Assembly (NCBI GenBank): GCA_015231705.1
Contig: JADGBC010000001.1
Span: 4,383-68,382, forward strand
Reading direction: 5' to 3'
DNA length: 64,000 nt
Source: Desulfamplus sp.
GTDB taxonomy: Bacteria > Desulfobacterota > Desulfobacteria > Desulfobacterales > Desulfobacteraceae
Of this stretch, positions 50,359-62,090 are shown in pieces. The notes under the pieces were generated by a model, which saw only the letters and a program-made list of their open reading frames with translations, was not told the DNA's origin and did not search any database. Positions within the stretch are counted from its first letter, which is position 1, and the number at the start of each line of letters is the position of its first letter. The translations under genes were made by a program, and so were the position numbers.

Positions 50359-51750
50359 TTACAAAACTGGCATTATCATACGCTCTGGTACGACTATTTG
50401 ATAAAACTCCTTTTCTGTAAGCAGCTTAAGTTCAACAGCAACTTGGCATAGTGTTTTACCCTCTTGATGAGCCTTTTTAGCAACCAGTGCTGCATTATCG
50501 TAACCTATGGTAGGGGTAAGAGCAGTGACGAGCATAAGCGAGTCATTAAGATGCTTCTTGATTCTCTCAAGATTGGGTTGAATGCCAGTTACGCAGTTTA
50601 AAGCAAAGGAGTTGCAAGCATCTCCAAGAAGACGAATTGACTGCAGAGCATTGAAAGCAAGCACAGGCATAAAGACATTTAACTCAAAGTTGCCAGACGA
50701 TCCTGCAAAAGTGATGGTTGTATCGTTGCCAATTACCTGAGCACAGACCATTGTCATGGCTTCGCACTGTGTGGGATTAACTTTCCCTGGCATGATGGAG
50801 CTTCCAGGTTCATTTTCCGGCAAAATAAGTTCACCAATGCCGCAGCGTGGTCCACTGCCTAGCCAACGAATATCGTTTGCAATCTTATTCAGGGAACAGG
50901 CAAGTGTCTTGAACGCCCCGCTTGCTTCAACAATGGCATCTCGGCTGCCAAGAGCTTCAAATTTGTTAGGAGCAGTAATAAAGGGCAGTCCGGTTTTAAC
51001 GGCAATTGCAGAAGCTGCCTTTGATGCATAATCAGGATGTGAGTTCAACCCTGTACCTACGGCAGTGCCGCCAAGCGGCAGTTCGTAAAGGTGGGGCAGA
51101 CAGTTGTTAAGTGCACGTATGGCATTACCAAGTTGAGTAACATATCCTGAAAACTCCTGGGAAAGCATAAGAGGTGTCGCATCTTGAAGGTGAGTGCGTC
51201 CAATTTTAACAATATCTCCAAAAGATTTGGCCTTATCATCCAAAGTTTTTATAAGAAGAGTGACAGCAGGAACAAGATGGTGGTGAATCTGCTCCACAAT
51301 GGCAATATTAATAGCAGTTGGAAATGCGTCATTTGTGGATTGGCATCTGTTAACATGGTCATTAGGGTGTATGGGGGATCTGCTTCCCAATACTCCGCAA
51401 CTGATCTCGATGGCACGGTTGGAGATCACCTCATTGACATTCATATTTGTCTGTGTGCCGCTGCCTGTCTGCCATACTACCAGAGGAAAGTGATCATCAA
51501 GATCTCCGTCAATTACCTCCTGTGAGGCTCTGATTATTAAATCTGCTTTATCCTGATCTAACAAACCCAGTACAGCGTTCACCTCTGCTGCAGATTGCTT
51601 GACAATACCAAGAGCCCTTATCATCTCTCTTGGAAAACGCTCTGTGCCAATCTTGAAATTCTGTAATGAACGCTGAGTCTGAGCACCCCAGTAACGGTCA
51701 GCAGGTACTTCAATCTGGCCCATGCTGTCCTTTTCGCATCTTGTATGCAT
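50359..51750 (-). CDS. fumC: Class II fumarate hydratase
   Basis: [36 protein letters not shown]. Confidence 0.95.
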   Translation of the reverse strand: MHTRCEKDSMGQIEVPADRYWGAQTQRSLQNFKIGTERFPREMIRALGIVKQSAAEVNAVLGLLDQDKADLIIRASQEVIDGDLDDHFPLVVWQTGSGTQTNMNVNEVISNRAIEISCGVLGSRSPIHPNDHVNRCQSTNDAFPTAINIAIVEQIHHHLVPAVTLLIKTLDDKAKSFGDIVKIGRTHLQDATPLMLSQEFSGYVTQLGNAIRALNNCLPHLYELPLGGTAVGTGLNSHPDYASKAASAIAVKTGLPFITAPNKFEALGSRDAIVEASGAFKTLACSLNKIANDIRWLGSGPRCGIGELILPENEPGSSIMPGKVNPTQCEAMTMVCAQVIGNDTTITFAGSSGNFELNVFMPVLAFNALQSIRLLGDACNSFALNCVTGIQPNLERIKKHLNDSLMLVTALTPTIGYDNAALVAKKAHQEGKTLCQVAVELKLLTEKEFYQIVVPERMIMPVL

Positions 51751-52046
51751 ATGATCTCTCCTGATTGATACAACACTATCGAATAAATGACTTTTGGGCA
51801 GGCTCTTATAATTGTCAAGATTTCTATCACGAAACAACAAATCATGTCAAAAAAAGAGTTATTTCAATAATGTGTTTTTTACAAAAAAAATTACAAAAAA
51901 GAATTTAAAACGATCTCTTTTCTGAGAATTTCTCACACTATAGCTGCGAATTTAGACGTAACCTCTCAACAAACATGATTATAAAATATTGAAATAATTA
52001 TATTTAAAATTTAAATATCTTTGAACATAATATTTTATCTCATGCA

Positions 52047-52062
52047 TGGCATTGTCTTTGCT
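52047..52062 (+). promoter_or_regulatory. Sigma54 promoter of amtB
   Basis: TGGCATTGTCTTTGCT, GG-N10-GC. Confidence 0.75.
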
Positions 52063-52234
52063 ATCTACGTAAAGAGAAATTACTTGTCAACAAAAGGTGT
52101 GCCATAATCCATGAGTGAACCTATGGCTGCAACCATGACATAAGCCTATGGTTCTAAGATTCATTGGTATGCCACTTATATTATCAAGTTTATCATAGAA
52201 TGAAATTTACAATTTATAAGACAAAGGAGAAAAA

Positions 52235-53575
52235 ATGAAAATGTCGATCACAAAACAGCCGTACATGAACAAATCAATCTTTATAACAGCTCTGTCCATA
52301 CTTATAACGGCTATATCCATGTTTTTTACAACCAGTGCTTTTGCCGGAGACGAGGTAATAAACTCAGGAGATACTGCATGGATCATTGTGGCAACTGCAT
52401 TGGTAATGGTTATGACCCCGGCAGGTCTTGCCCTGTTTTATGGCGGTATGTCTCGCTATAAAAATCTGCTCAACACATATGCCATGACATTTATGGCGTA
52501 CTGCGTTGGCAGTATTGTCTGGGTAGTCTGGGGATATACCTTGGCTTTTGGCCCTGATAAGGCAGGATTAATAGGAGGATTTGACCATATACTTCTTTCG
52601 GGAATAACCCCTGCCGGTATAACCGGAACAATCCCCACTCTTATTTTTGTGCTGTTTCAGATGACATTTGCATGTATTACCGGTGCTTTGGTTCTGGGGG
52701 CAGTTGTGGATAGAATCAAATTCTCATCATGGATAGTTTTTATAATTCTATGGATAACTGTTGTATATTGTCCTGTTGCCCACTGGGTCTGGGGAGGGGG
52801 ATGGATGGCAACAATGGGTGCTCTGGATTATGCCGGAGGTAATGTTGTTCATATAAACGCAGGTGTTGCAGGGCTTGTTCTTGCCCTTGTTCTTGGCAAG
52901 AGAGTTGGTTATGGCAAAGAGGCTATGTTTCCCTCAAGCATTGCACTTACAGCACTTGGAGCAGGTCTCTTATGGTTTGGCTGGTTTGGTTTTAATGCAG
53001 GAAGCAGACTTGCCGCTGATGGAGTTGCAGCATCCGCATTTCTTGTAACCAACACAGCCGCTGCTGCTGGTGGCATTGCCTGGATGGCTATTGAGTGGTA
53101 TCACACAAAAAGACCAACACTTCTTGGAATTGCATCAGGTGTTGTGGCAGGTCTTGTAGCAATCACACCTGCATCAGGTTTTGTTAACCTGCCCTCCTCA
53201 ATCATAATTGGATTTGTCGCCGGAATTATAGGTTTTCTTAGCGTCTCAATTTTAAAGAAAAAAATGGGATATGATGACTCTCTTGATGCCTTTGGTGTTC
53301 ATGGGGTGTGTGGAATATGGGGTGCTATAGCAACAGGCATTTTTGCAGACCCATCCATTACAGAAGGCGTTGCAGGAGCACTCTACGGAAATCCTGGTCA
53401 GATATGGACACAGTTTGTATCAGTAGTTGCTACAGCGGCCTACAGTGCGGTTGCCACATTGATCGTAGTCTATGTAACCAGTGCCGTAACATCAGGGCTC
53501 AGAGTGGATAAAGAGGATGAAATAACAGGTCTTGACAGCTCCATTCACGGAGAAAGGGCTTTTGAGATATTCTGA
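52235..53575 (+). CDS. amtB: Ammonium transporter
   Basis: GLALFYGG, FQMTFA, DYAGG.VVH, WFGWFGFNAGS, DDSLDAFGVHG. Confidence 0.95.
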   Translation: MKMSITKQPYMNKSIFITALSILITAISMFFTTSAFAGDEVINSGDTAWIIVATALVMVMTPAGLALFYGGMSRYKNLLNTYAMTFMAYCVGSIVWVVWGYTLAFGPDKAGLIGGFDHILLSGITPAGITGTIPTLIFVLFQMTFACITGALVLGAVVDRIKFSSWIVFIILWITVVYCPVAHWVWGGGWMATMGALDYAGGNVVHINAGVAGLVLALVLGKRVGYGKEAMFPSSIALTALGAGLLWFGWFGFNAGSRLAADGVAASAFLVTNTAAAAGGIAWMAIEWYHTKRPTLLGIASGVVAGLVAITPASGFVNLPSSIIIGFVAGIIGFLSVSILKKKMGYDDSLDAFGVHGVCGIWGAIATGIFADPSITEGVAGALYGNPGQIWTQFVSVVATAAYSAVATLIVVYVTSAVTSGLRVDKEDEITGLDSSIHGERAFEIF

Positions 53576-53629
53576 TAACCCTGAGCGTTCCCATCATTAT
53601 TTAAATGATCATAAATTTTAATCCCAAAC

Positions 53630-53672
53630 AAGAGTCGCAGCAAAACCGCTTTATGTTATGCTGCGACTCTTT
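53630..53672. terminator. Bidirectional intrinsic terminator
   Basis: AAGAGTCGCAGCA / TGCTGCGACTCTT stem between convergent amtB and speB. Confidence 0.8.
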
Positions 53673-53687
53673 TGCTTGATATGCTTC

Positions 53688-54794
53688 TTATCTGCGGCTG
53701 AGCCTCTTGGCCATTCCCATCACAGAATAGACAAGTTGTGCAGCCGCAAAATCTGATGCATGATCGCCTTTAACAGGTGCAAGTTCAACCACATCAAACC
53801 CGACGACCTCTCTTCCTCTGATAACGCATTCAAGCAGAGTAAGGGTATCATGCCAGCCGATACCCCCAGGAACAGGAGTTCCGGTCGCCCTGATTACAGA
53901 TGGATCAAGTCCGTCAACATCCAGAGTAATATAAATTTTCTCTGGAAATCCAGCAGGAAGTAAACTGTCAGAAAAGATATCGGAAGAAGAGTAGCAGGAG
54001 GATGTTGTGGTGGAAGATAAAATTTTAGAAGGTAGATCAGGATAATCAGCAGACAAATGAGGATAGACAGAAGGTATATGAAGATGTTTGGCAATCAGAT
54101 TTTTAAGATAGATCTCCCGTGCATCAATAAACGGGATCTTTTTTTCGCTCCTGAAAATAACCTCTTCATGTGAAATAGCACGCACACCAATCTGAAACAG
54201 AGGGATATCAAGATCCTCCACAGCTCTGCGCATGACACAGGCGTGACTTAACCGGCTGCCTTCATAACTGTCTCTCAAATCAGCATGTGCATCAATCTGA
54301 ATAATTCCAAAAGGTGCACTGGCATTATCCACGACACTTGAAATATTCACGGCATTTGCAGTATTCACAGAAGGCTCGACCTGAACATCACCTGAAGTTT
54401 GAATAAGATGTTTTTTGATTGCTCTCAGAGCACCAAGAGTAACGGTGTGCTCTCCTCCAAGCAGAACCGGAACAGAACTGACTGGAATATTGTTAACTGT
54501 AATGGGTTTAAATTGGAGTGTTCTTGCTACAAGTTTTTCAATACGCTCAAGAACAGTCTCAGGTTCACCATTACAGTCAACCGGTCGAGCAGTGTAAATA
54601 CCACAATCATGTATAACAGCAAGCCCCTGAGAGCTGTCCCACGCCTCAAGCTGATTTGAGGCATCAAGAATTGCATGAGGACCTGCCGATGTTCCGCCTC
54701 TATAAGAGACAGAGGATTCCATTGGGGCAGGAATTACATGAAAAAGAGAGTGCTCTTCTCTATCTTCAGCTACTTCAGATTCAAAAAATTTCAA
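53688..54794 (-). CDS. speB: Agmatinase
   Basis: GGEHTVT, DAHADLR, SHACVM, DVDGLDPS, TGTPVPGG; located in polyamine operon. Confidence 0.88.
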   Translation of the reverse strand: MKFFESEVAEDREEHSLFHVIPAPMESSVSYRGGTSAGPHAILDASNQLEAWDSSQGLAVIHDCGIYTARPVDCNGEPETVLERIEKLVARTLQFKPITVNNIPVSSVPVLLGGEHTVTLGALRAIKKHLIQTSGDVQVEPSVNTANAVNISSVVDNASAPFGIIQIDAHADLRDSYEGSRLSHACVMRRAVEDLDIPLFQIGVRAISHEEVIFRSEKKIPFIDAREIYLKNLIAKHLHIPSVYPHLSADYPDLPSKILSSTTTSSCYSSSDIFSDSLLPAGFPEKIYITLDVDGLDPSVIRATGTPVPGGIGWHDTLTLLECVIRGREVVGFDVVELAPVKGDHASDFAAAQLVYSVMGMAKRLSRR

Positions 54795-54840
54795 TTAGTT
54801 ATATTCCCTGTAATATGCAATGATGCACGGCAATAACAAA

Positions 54841-56196
54841 TTATGATAATCTGCCTTTAAAGTCAGAATAGTCAAATTTTCTGACTATCTCCACCTTTAC
54901 ATGATTTTTTTTCTCGCCAGTGTCCTTTTTTCTTGCCAGAATATCATCTTTTCTAACCAGAGCGATAGAGGGCAACCTGATCCCGTTGAATGTATTTGTC
55001 TTTACCATCGAGTATATGGCCATATCGGTAAAAACAAGTTTATCTCCAATATTAAGAGGCTCATCAAAGGAATAGATTCCTGCAACATCTCCGGCAAGGC
55101 ATGACAATCCGCCTATTCTGTAGATATACTTCTCTGCTGTCATTTGAGATCCTGCTGTTATTTCTGGCAGATCCGCTGGATTTTCAGAATGCATAATATA
55201 AGGGCGATACGGCATCTCCAGAACATCCGGCATATGGGCAGGAACGCAAGCATCCATTATGGCGATGTCTATACCTCTTCTGGCGGCTGAAGCAGCAGCA
55301 ATATCAGAACCAGCAGCAATATCAGAACCAGCAGCAACATCAGAATCAGCAGCAATATCAGAAGCAGTAACAATATCGGAATCTGTGATGATATCAAGTA
55401 CAGTTGCCACAAGATATCCGGCATTTAGTGCTACTGCCTCTCCTGGTTCAAGATAGACCTGCACACCCCATTTCTGTTGAAAATCATTGATTATATTTTC
55501 AAGAAGCCTGATGTTGTAACCAGGCCTTGTAATGTGGTGTCCGCCACCAAAGTTGATATATTTCATTTTTGAAATATATTCTCCAAAGCGTGACTCCACA
55601 GCCTTTACAGTTCTTTGCAGACAATCAGAATCCTGTTCACAAAGGTTGTGCCAGTGCAGCCCTGTGATACCATCAAGAAGATCATCCCTAAAATGTGCCA
55701 GTTTCACGCCAAGTCTGGAGCCTGGAGCACATGGATCATAAATTGGAACAGCACCTTCCGAATGTTCGGGATTTATACGGATACCAAAATCAATATGCCT
55801 TCCAAGCTGTGAAACTCTCTGTTGTACAATCGGCCTGAAACGCTCCAGTTGACCAAAGGAGTTAAATACAAGGTGATCTGTAGTTTCGCAAAGATCAAGG
55901 ATATCATTTTCAGAATAGGCAGCAGCAAAGGTGTGAACCTCTTTTTGGAACTCCTCTCTGCCAAGCCTTGCCTCATCTGGAGAGCTTGCACATATACCAT
56001 CCAGATACCCTCTAATGAGAGGAAAGAGTCTGAACATGGAGAAGCATTTGAGTGCAAGAAGTATCTTGCAACCTGTGTGCTCCTTTACGGATGAAAGTAT
56101 CTCAAGATTGTGCAAAATCAGATTTTCATCAACAACAAAGCAAGGAGTATCTATATCTTCAGGGTTAAAATTCAGGGTGTTGTATTTCATAAACAA
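54841..56196 (-). CDS. nspC: Carboxy(nor)spermidine decarboxylase
   Basis: LALKCFS, YDPCAPGSRLG, NFGGGHHIT, HMPDVLEMPY, SCLAGD. Confidence 0.92.
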   Translation of the reverse strand: MFMKYNTLNFNPEDIDTPCFVVDENLILHNLEILSSVKEHTGCKILLALKCFSMFRLFPLIRGYLDGICASSPDEARLGREEFQKEVHTFAAAYSENDILDLCETTDHLVFNSFGQLERFRPIVQQRVSQLGRHIDFGIRINPEHSEGAVPIYDPCAPGSRLGVKLAHFRDDLLDGITGLHWHNLCEQDSDCLQRTVKAVESRFGEYISKMKYINFGGGHHITRPGYNIRLLENIINDFQQKWGVQVYLEPGEAVALNAGYLVATVLDIITDSDIVTASDIAADSDVAAGSDIAAGSDIAAASAARRGIDIAIMDACVPAHMPDVLEMPYRPYIMHSENPADLPEITAGSQMTAEKYIYRIGGLSCLAGDVAGIYSFDEPLNIGDKLVFTDMAIYSMVKTNTFNGIRLPSIALVRKDDILARKKDTGEKKNHVKVEIVRKFDYSDFKGRLS

Positions 56197-56238
56197 CTTT
56201 TAATCTCCTGTCTATTATTTACAGGCAAATCTCCATCT

Positions 56239-56323
56239 GTCTGAATCAGGATGGCCAGGATTTACAGGATGGACAAGATGTTTATCCTATAAATCCTTTC
56301 ATCTTGAATATCCTGATTCAGAC
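56239..56323. repeat. Palindromic MITE-like element with 14-bp terminal inverted repeats
   Basis: GTCTGAATCAGGAT ... ATCCTGATTCAGAC with internal CAGGAT/ATCCT units at ~9-nt spacing. Confidence 0.7.
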
Positions 56324-56386
56324 TGTGTTAACAAGGTTTAGGAATCGATAGGTGTCGACTTTGAGAATCTTACAGGAAAGGCCATC

Positions 56387-57580
56387 TTACTCAATATCCA
56401 TAACCTTCCATGGAAGACCATGCTTGTTCAAAGCCTCCATAAAGGGATCAGGATCAAACTGCTCCATATTCCACACTCCAGATGCATGCCATTTTTTCTG
56501 GAGCATCATCATGGCACCGATCATGGCAGGTACGCCGGTTGTATAGGAGATAGCCTGGGAACCCACCTCTTCATAGGCAGCTTCATGGCTGCATATGTTA
56601 TAGATAAAAATGGTTTTGCTCTTGCCATCTTTGACACCTTTCATCAAACAGCCGATACATGTACGTCCCTTTGTAAGCGGCCCCAAAGATGCAGGTTCAG
56701 GAAGAACAGCCTTAAGAAAATTGATGGGAACTATCTTGTTCCCCTGGTATTCTACAGGGTCAATACGGGTCATGCCTACATTTTCCAGCACTCTCAGATG
56801 GGTCAGATACTGTTCTGAAAAGGTCATCCAGAACCTTGCTCTTTTCAAGCCTTTGAGATTCATAACCAATGATTCAAGCTCTTCATGATATAAGAGATAA
56901 CATTTTTTTTCACCTATGCCTTCAGGGAAATTATAGTTCATAGACCATGATAGCGGGTCTGTTTCAATCCAATCTCCATGATCCCAGAATCTGCCTCTTT
57001 GAGTGATTTCACGAATATTTATTTCAGGATTAAAATTGGTGGCAAAATGCTGGCCATGGCTTCCGGCATTGCAATCAATTATATCTAATTCATGTATTTC
57101 ATCAAACTTATGTTTTTGTGCCCATGCACAAAAGACATTGGTTACTCCAGGATCAAATCCTGACCCCAATAGGGCCATAATCCCCTTTTCCTTAAATTTT
57201 TCCTGATATGCCCACTGCCATTTGTACTCAAATTTTGCAACATCTTTGGGTTCATAATTTGCAGTGTCAAGATAATCAACTTCTGTGGCAAGACAGGCAT
57301 CCATAATTGGAAGATCCTGGTAGGGAAGTGCAAGATTGACTACAATATCAGGCTCTATTTTTTTAATTAAAGCGATCGTCTCCTGTACATCATCTGCATC
57401 AAGGCTTGCGGTTGTGACACTGATTCCACTTCTTTTCAATACATCCTGTGCAATGGCATCACATTTTGATTTTGTCCGGCTTGCCAGAACAATTTCTGAA
57501 AAAATCTCCGGAATCTGTGCACATTTATGGGTCGTGACACTTCCGACTCCACCTGCTCCAATGATCAGAATTTTAGACAT
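56387..57580 (-). CDS. Carboxy(nor)spermidine synthase/dehydrogenase (saccharopine dehydrogenase family)
   Basis: GAGGVG, YLDTANYE, GFDPGVTN, FATNFNPEINIRE, YTTGVP. Confidence 0.92.
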   Translation of the reverse strand: MSKILIIGAGGVGSVTTHKCAQIPEIFSEIVLASRTKSKCDAIAQDVLKRSGISVTTASLDADDVQETIALIKKIEPDIVVNLALPYQDLPIMDACLATEVDYLDTANYEPKDVAKFEYKWQWAYQEKFKEKGIMALLGSGFDPGVTNVFCAWAQKHKFDEIHELDIIDCNAGSHGQHFATNFNPEINIREITQRGRFWDHGDWIETDPLSWSMNYNFPEGIGEKKCYLLYHEELESLVMNLKGLKRARFWMTFSEQYLTHLRVLENVGMTRIDPVEYQGNKIVPINFLKAVLPEPASLGPLTKGRTCIGCLMKGVKDGKSKTIFIYNICSHEAAYEEVGSQAISYTTGVPAMIGAMMMLQKKWHASGVWNMEQFDPDPFMEALNKHGLPWKVMDIE

Positions 57581-57662
57581 TTTTCTTCTCCATTTTCTAA
57601 AAACCAACAGGAAAAAACAGTCCTGATATAGCTTTTTAATTTATCAATTTCAAATAGACAGG

Positions 57663-59576
57663 CTATCTTTCAAAATAGGTATATCCGCGAAGACCCATCT
57701 CATAGGCCTCCATTATCTCTCTTCGCTCCTGAGCAGATATGTTGCCCTTGCGTACCGCCCTTTCCGCAGTTTTTCGAAAACGCACAAGCAGTCTTTTGGG
57801 ATCATATTCCACATATGAGAGAATGTCTGAAACAGTGTCTCCCTCAAGTTCTCCGACAAACTCATACTCCCCGTTTTCAAGGACTCTGACTGTAACTATA
57901 TTGGTATCGCCAAGAAGATTATGAAGATCTCCAAGAGTCTCTTGATATGCTCCTACAAGAAAAGCACCAAGATAATACTCCTCAGACTCCTTAAGATCAT
58001 GTAACGGAAGATAGTGCTTGATACCATGACGATCAATGAAACGGTCAATCTTGCCGTCACAATCACATGTGATATCCGCAATTATGGCATTTCTGTTAGG
58101 CTCTTCATTAAGCCTGTGGATCGGCATTACAGGAAACATCTGATCAATTGCCCATGCGTCTGGAAGTGACTGGAATACGCTGAAATTGCAGTAATAGATA
58201 TCAGACAGAGCCTGGTCAATGTCAGATATTTCCGGTGTAACATGCTTAAGTCCCTTGGAGATCCTTGCAATTTCATTTATGGTGCTCCAAAATATTTTCT
58301 CTGCCAAAGAGCGCTGTCTCAAGGTAATTTTCCCGTGATTGAAAAGCTGGCGAGCCTCGTCTCTGTAGTATATAATATCGTTAAAACACTCCTGAATATT
58401 ACGTACCGATAGAGACTTGAGTGAATCAAACATATATTTTATCTGGGAAGGGCAACCTTCGGGAAGCATCTGAGGAAGTGGTTCGGGCTGAAAACGAGTA
58501 ACATCCAGAACATTGAACAGAAGCATGGAATAATAGGCCACAAGAGCTCTGCCCGATTCTGTTATAATAGTAGGATGTTGAATACCCACCTCATCCAGGG
58601 AGGTCATGACCGCTTCAATTATATCTGTACAGTATTCATTGAGAGTATAATTGCGGCTGCTCAGAAAATTGGACTGGGAACCATCGTAGTCAACGGCAAG
58701 TCCGCCACCCAGATCTAAGTATTTTACATTGGCACCCTCCATGGCAAGACCTGCATATACCCGACAAGCCTCATTAACCGCTGTTCTGATCTCCCGTATG
58801 TTGGAGATCTGGGAACCAAGATGGTAATGAACCATCTGAAGACAATCAAGCATCCCCTCTTTTGCAAGAAGATCCACTGCCTCAATGATCTGGGTTGTGT
58901 TAAGGCCAAAGATGCTTCTTTCTCCGCCAGACTCTCCCCAATGCCCTCCTGCCTGGGTGGCAAGTTTAATCCTCACTCCTAAAATAGGGGTTGCTCCAAG
59001 TATCCTTGAGCGTTCAATAATAAGGGGAAGTTCGCTTGGCATCTCCAGAACCAGAATGCACTTATATCCTATTTTAGTGGCATAAAGACCAAGATCGATA
59101 AACTCCTGATCCTTGTATCCATTACATATCAAAGGTGCCTGTGTATCAGAGAGCATTCCCATGGCCGCAATCAGTTCTGCTTTGCTGCCGGCTTCAAGAC
59201 CATGATGATATTTTGCACCGTAAAGTGTTATCCCCTCAATAACCTGCTGCTGCTGATTTACCTTGATTGGATAAGCTCCTGTGAATGTTCCTTTATAATC
59301 AAGCTCTTTCATTGCATAGAGAAAACTCTCGTTAAGCTCGGCAATCTGTGAGTCAAGTATATTTTCAACTCGAATCAGTACAGGCATTCCAAGACCTCTG
59401 TCTTCGATTCCTGCAACAATTTCTCTTATGCTGACTGCACGATTCACGGCTCCGGGTGATGGCATTACCATCAGATCCCCATTTTCAGCAACATTGAAAT
59501 ATCCCCCACCCCACTCGTTAATACCGTAAAGGTCAGTCGATTTTGTTATATTCCACCGTTCAAGGTTATTGTTCAC
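57663..59576 (-). CDS. speA: Biosynthetic arginine decarboxylase
   Basis: YPIKVNQ, GLEAGSKAEL, HLGSQI, TCDCDG, GAYQETLGDLHNL. Confidence 0.95.
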   Translation of the reverse strand: MNNNLERWNITKSTDLYGINEWGGGYFNVAENGDLMVMPSPGAVNRAVSIREIVAGIEDRGLGMPVLIRVENILDSQIAELNESFLYAMKELDYKGTFTGAYPIKVNQQQQVIEGITLYGAKYHHGLEAGSKAELIAAMGMLSDTQAPLICNGYKDQEFIDLGLYATKIGYKCILVLEMPSELPLIIERSRILGATPILGVRIKLATQAGGHWGESGGERSIFGLNTTQIIEAVDLLAKEGMLDCLQMVHYHLGSQISNIREIRTAVNEACRVYAGLAMEGANVKYLDLGGGLAVDYDGSQSNFLSSRNYTLNEYCTDIIEAVMTSLDEVGIQHPTIITESGRALVAYYSMLLFNVLDVTRFQPEPLPQMLPEGCPSQIKYMFDSLKSLSVRNIQECFNDIIYYRDEARQLFNHGKITLRQRSLAEKIFWSTINEIARISKGLKHVTPEISDIDQALSDIYYCNFSVFQSLPDAWAIDQMFPVMPIHRLNEEPNRNAIIADITCDCDGKIDRFIDRHGIKHYLPLHDLKESEEYYLGAFLVGAYQETLGDLHNLLGDTNIVTVRVLENGEYEFVGELEGDTVSDILSYVEYDPKRLLVRFRKTAERAVRKGNISAQERREIMEAYEMGLRGYTYFER

Positions 59577-59793
59577 AAAAAAAACTCCTATATTATTAGT
59601 CCACAGATAGAATCAAAGATATAAAGGGGGCATTATATACAATGGGTTGACATTTAAGGCAAAGATTATTTGAAAGAGATTAATTGCCTACAACATAATT
59701 AAATTGGTGGAAATGCCACCTGAGACACGGACAAAGGGTTTGTCTCACCAAAAGACTTTTCTGGAAGTCTATAGTCTGCCTATTGCAGGAATT

Positions 59794-62022
59794 TCAAGTT
59801 TTGAACCTGTTGACCATCTCATTGAGGTCTCTTGCCAAATCATTAAGTTTAACGGCATTGTCATTGACTTTAACACAGCTTCTGGACATTTCACCGGCTG
59901 AATGGTTTATCTCTGCAACCTGGCGGGAAATTTCTGATGTAGAAGATGATGTCTGAGAGAGAGTCGCATTGATATCTGATATCCCATCTGAAGATTGGGA
60001 GACATTATGTGAGATTTCATTTGTAGTTACAGACTGCTCTTCAATAGCACTTGCAATCCCGGATACTATATCATTGATCTCATCAACAATGCCCGATATG
60101 TTATGAATATTCTCTCCGGCCAATTGGGTTGAACCCTGAATCAGGTTAATCTGTTCATTTATCTTAATGGTTGCATCCGCGGTCTGGCGTGCAAGAACCT
60201 TGATCTCGTTTGCTACCACAGCAAATCCCTTACCCGCTTCACCCGCCCTTGCAGATTCAATGGTGGCATTTAGTGCTAAAAGATTGGTCTGTTCTGAAAT
60301 TTCGGTGATAACCTCGGTGATTTTACCTATCTCTTTTGCAAGAGAGGTAAGTTGACTTACGTTTTCTTTAGCCATTGTTGACTGCTTCACAGCTTCATTA
60401 GTAACCTTATTTGCCTTTGCTGTACTCTTTGCGATCTCATTTATAGTGGCATTCATCTGTTCTGTGGCTCCGGCAACCATATTGACATTAACTGTGGTCT
60501 GCTCCATGGCCGATGCAACAGATTGCATATTTGAGTTCATATCTTCAGATGATGTGTTGGCTACATTTACTTTTGCAAAGATATCCTCTGCGTTGCCGGT
60601 CATCATTTTGGATATGGATGACATCTCACCGGCACTTGATGTGAGCAAACCTGCATTCTCCTTTATCTTAAGGATCATCTGCTGAAGATGCTCAATAAAT
60701 TTATTAAACCAGTGTGCAAGCTCCCCTGCTTCATCTTTTGTACGCACCGTAATACGTCTGGTCAGATCACCCTCTCCTTCTGCAATCTCTTTTAACATCT
60801 TACTGGTTTCAACAACAGGGCGTGAAATTTTCCTTGCAACAAAGAATGTTACAAGAGCAATGACAAGGCATACAACAGCCATAAAAACAGCCTGTTGGAT
60901 TATGGTTAAAAACATCATATGGTTAATCTCTTTCTCTTTTTTAACAAGAGCTTTTTTGATATCATCAACATAAACTCCTGTACCCACTACCCATCCATAG
61001 GGTTCAAAGAGTTTAACATAGGATATCTTGGAAACCGGCTTTTCCTCTCCTGGCTTTGGCCACATGTATTCAACAAACCCTTCTCCCTTTTCGCGGCAGA
61101 CAGCATTCATCTCCTTGAAAAGATACTTGTTCTCAGGATCTTTAAAGCCTGAAATATCCTTGCCATCAAGCTCGGGTTTAATAGGGTGCATGACCATGTT
61201 AAATTTTGCATGACTGTCAGCAGATAGCTCGTGTATCCAGAAGTAGTCATTTTTTTCAGGGCCATACCGAAGATTCCCTACGACCTCTTTACTTCTATCC
61301 TTGAATCCGGTCTCTGCAACTTCGAGAGATAAACTTGAACCTATAATCCAGTTCCAGGGTTTAAAAAGCCTTGCATAGGCAATTTTAGGATCTGGCTGCT
61401 TCTGGCCCGACTTTTGGTCTATCTTATACCACATATAGCTAAACCACGCCTCTCCTGCACCTATATTGTCCTTAAGCAGACTTGGAAAAAGCTTATTTCC
61501 CTGAATATCTTTAAGATTTGAAATATCCTTTCCAATCAGGTCAGGAAATTTTGGGTTTGCAACCATTTTCAAATCAGTATCAACTATCCAGAAAGCTGTA
61601 TCCATGTCATACCTAAGTGAAGAGATGGTTTTTGTGATAAAATTCTTTTTATTTTCAACAGAGAGGGTGTTCATTCCTGAAATACCCGCTGTTTCAGAAG
61701 AGGAGCGACTCTCCATATCCTGGTATATGGCATCAAGAGTGCCATAAGCGATGCTAACAGCATTTTCCAGTCTGTGGCTCACAACAGCTTTAATCCTGTT
61801 TATATCATTGGCTTCACGGTATGCGGTTTCAATCACGGAATAAGCGTTTCCTGTCATGGTTCTTAGAGTTTCCGTTTTGAAGTTAAGCATTGAATCTTCT
61901 GTAGACTTAAGCTCAAGATCGCTCTGTTTTTTGATTGAGTTAATGGATACAGCCATTGATGTCACTCCAATGGATAACACTACACTCAAAATTAAAATCA
62001 TCAATTTAGTTGTGATACGCAT
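59794..62022 (-). CDS. Methyl-accepting chemotaxis protein with tandem Cache domains and HAMP
   Basis: Two TMs, Cache motifs (YFWI..MVMHP..YMWPKP), [31 protein letters not shown]. Confidence 0.95.
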   Translation of the reverse strand: MRITTKLMILILSVVLSIGVTSMAVSINSIKKQSDLELKSTEDSMLNFKTETLRTMTGNAYSVIETAYREANDINRIKAVVSHRLENAVSIAYGTLDAIYQDMESRSSSETAGISGMNTLSVENKKNFITKTISSLRYDMDTAFWIVDTDLKMVANPKFPDLIGKDISNLKDIQGNKLFPSLLKDNIGAGEAWFSYMWYKIDQKSGQKQPDPKIAYARLFKPWNWIIGSSLSLEVAETGFKDRSKEVVGNLRYGPEKNDYFWIHELSADSHAKFNMVMHPIKPELDGKDISGFKDPENKYLFKEMNAVCREKGEGFVEYMWPKPGEEKPVSKISYVKLFEPYGWVVGTGVYVDDIKKALVKKEKEINHMMFLTIIQQAVFMAVVCLVIALVTFFVARKISRPVVETSKMLKEIAEGEGDLTRRITVRTKDEAGELAHWFNKFIEHLQQMILKIKENAGLLTSSAGEMSSISKMMTGNAEDIFAKVNVANTSSEDMNSNMQSVASAMEQTTVNVNMVAGATEQMNATINEIAKSTAKANKVTNEAVKQSTMAKENVSQLTSLAKEIGKITEVITEISEQTNLLALNATIESARAGEAGKGFAVVANEIKVLARQTADATIKINEQINLIQGSTQLAGENIHNISGIVDEINDIVSGIASAIEEQSVTTNEISHNVSQSSDGISDINATLSQTSSSTSEISRQVAEINHSAGEMSRSCVKVNDNAVKLNDLARDLNEMVNRFKT

Positions 62023-62090
62023 TGATTGTCCCCTCTCCAAAGATTGAATATCAAAAATATAAAGAATAGAATATATTTATAGCCCTATCG

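Noticed and set aside
53688-59576. Polyamine operon as a novel pathway
   Set aside because: speA/speB with CANSDH and nspC is the established carboxy(nor)spermidine route
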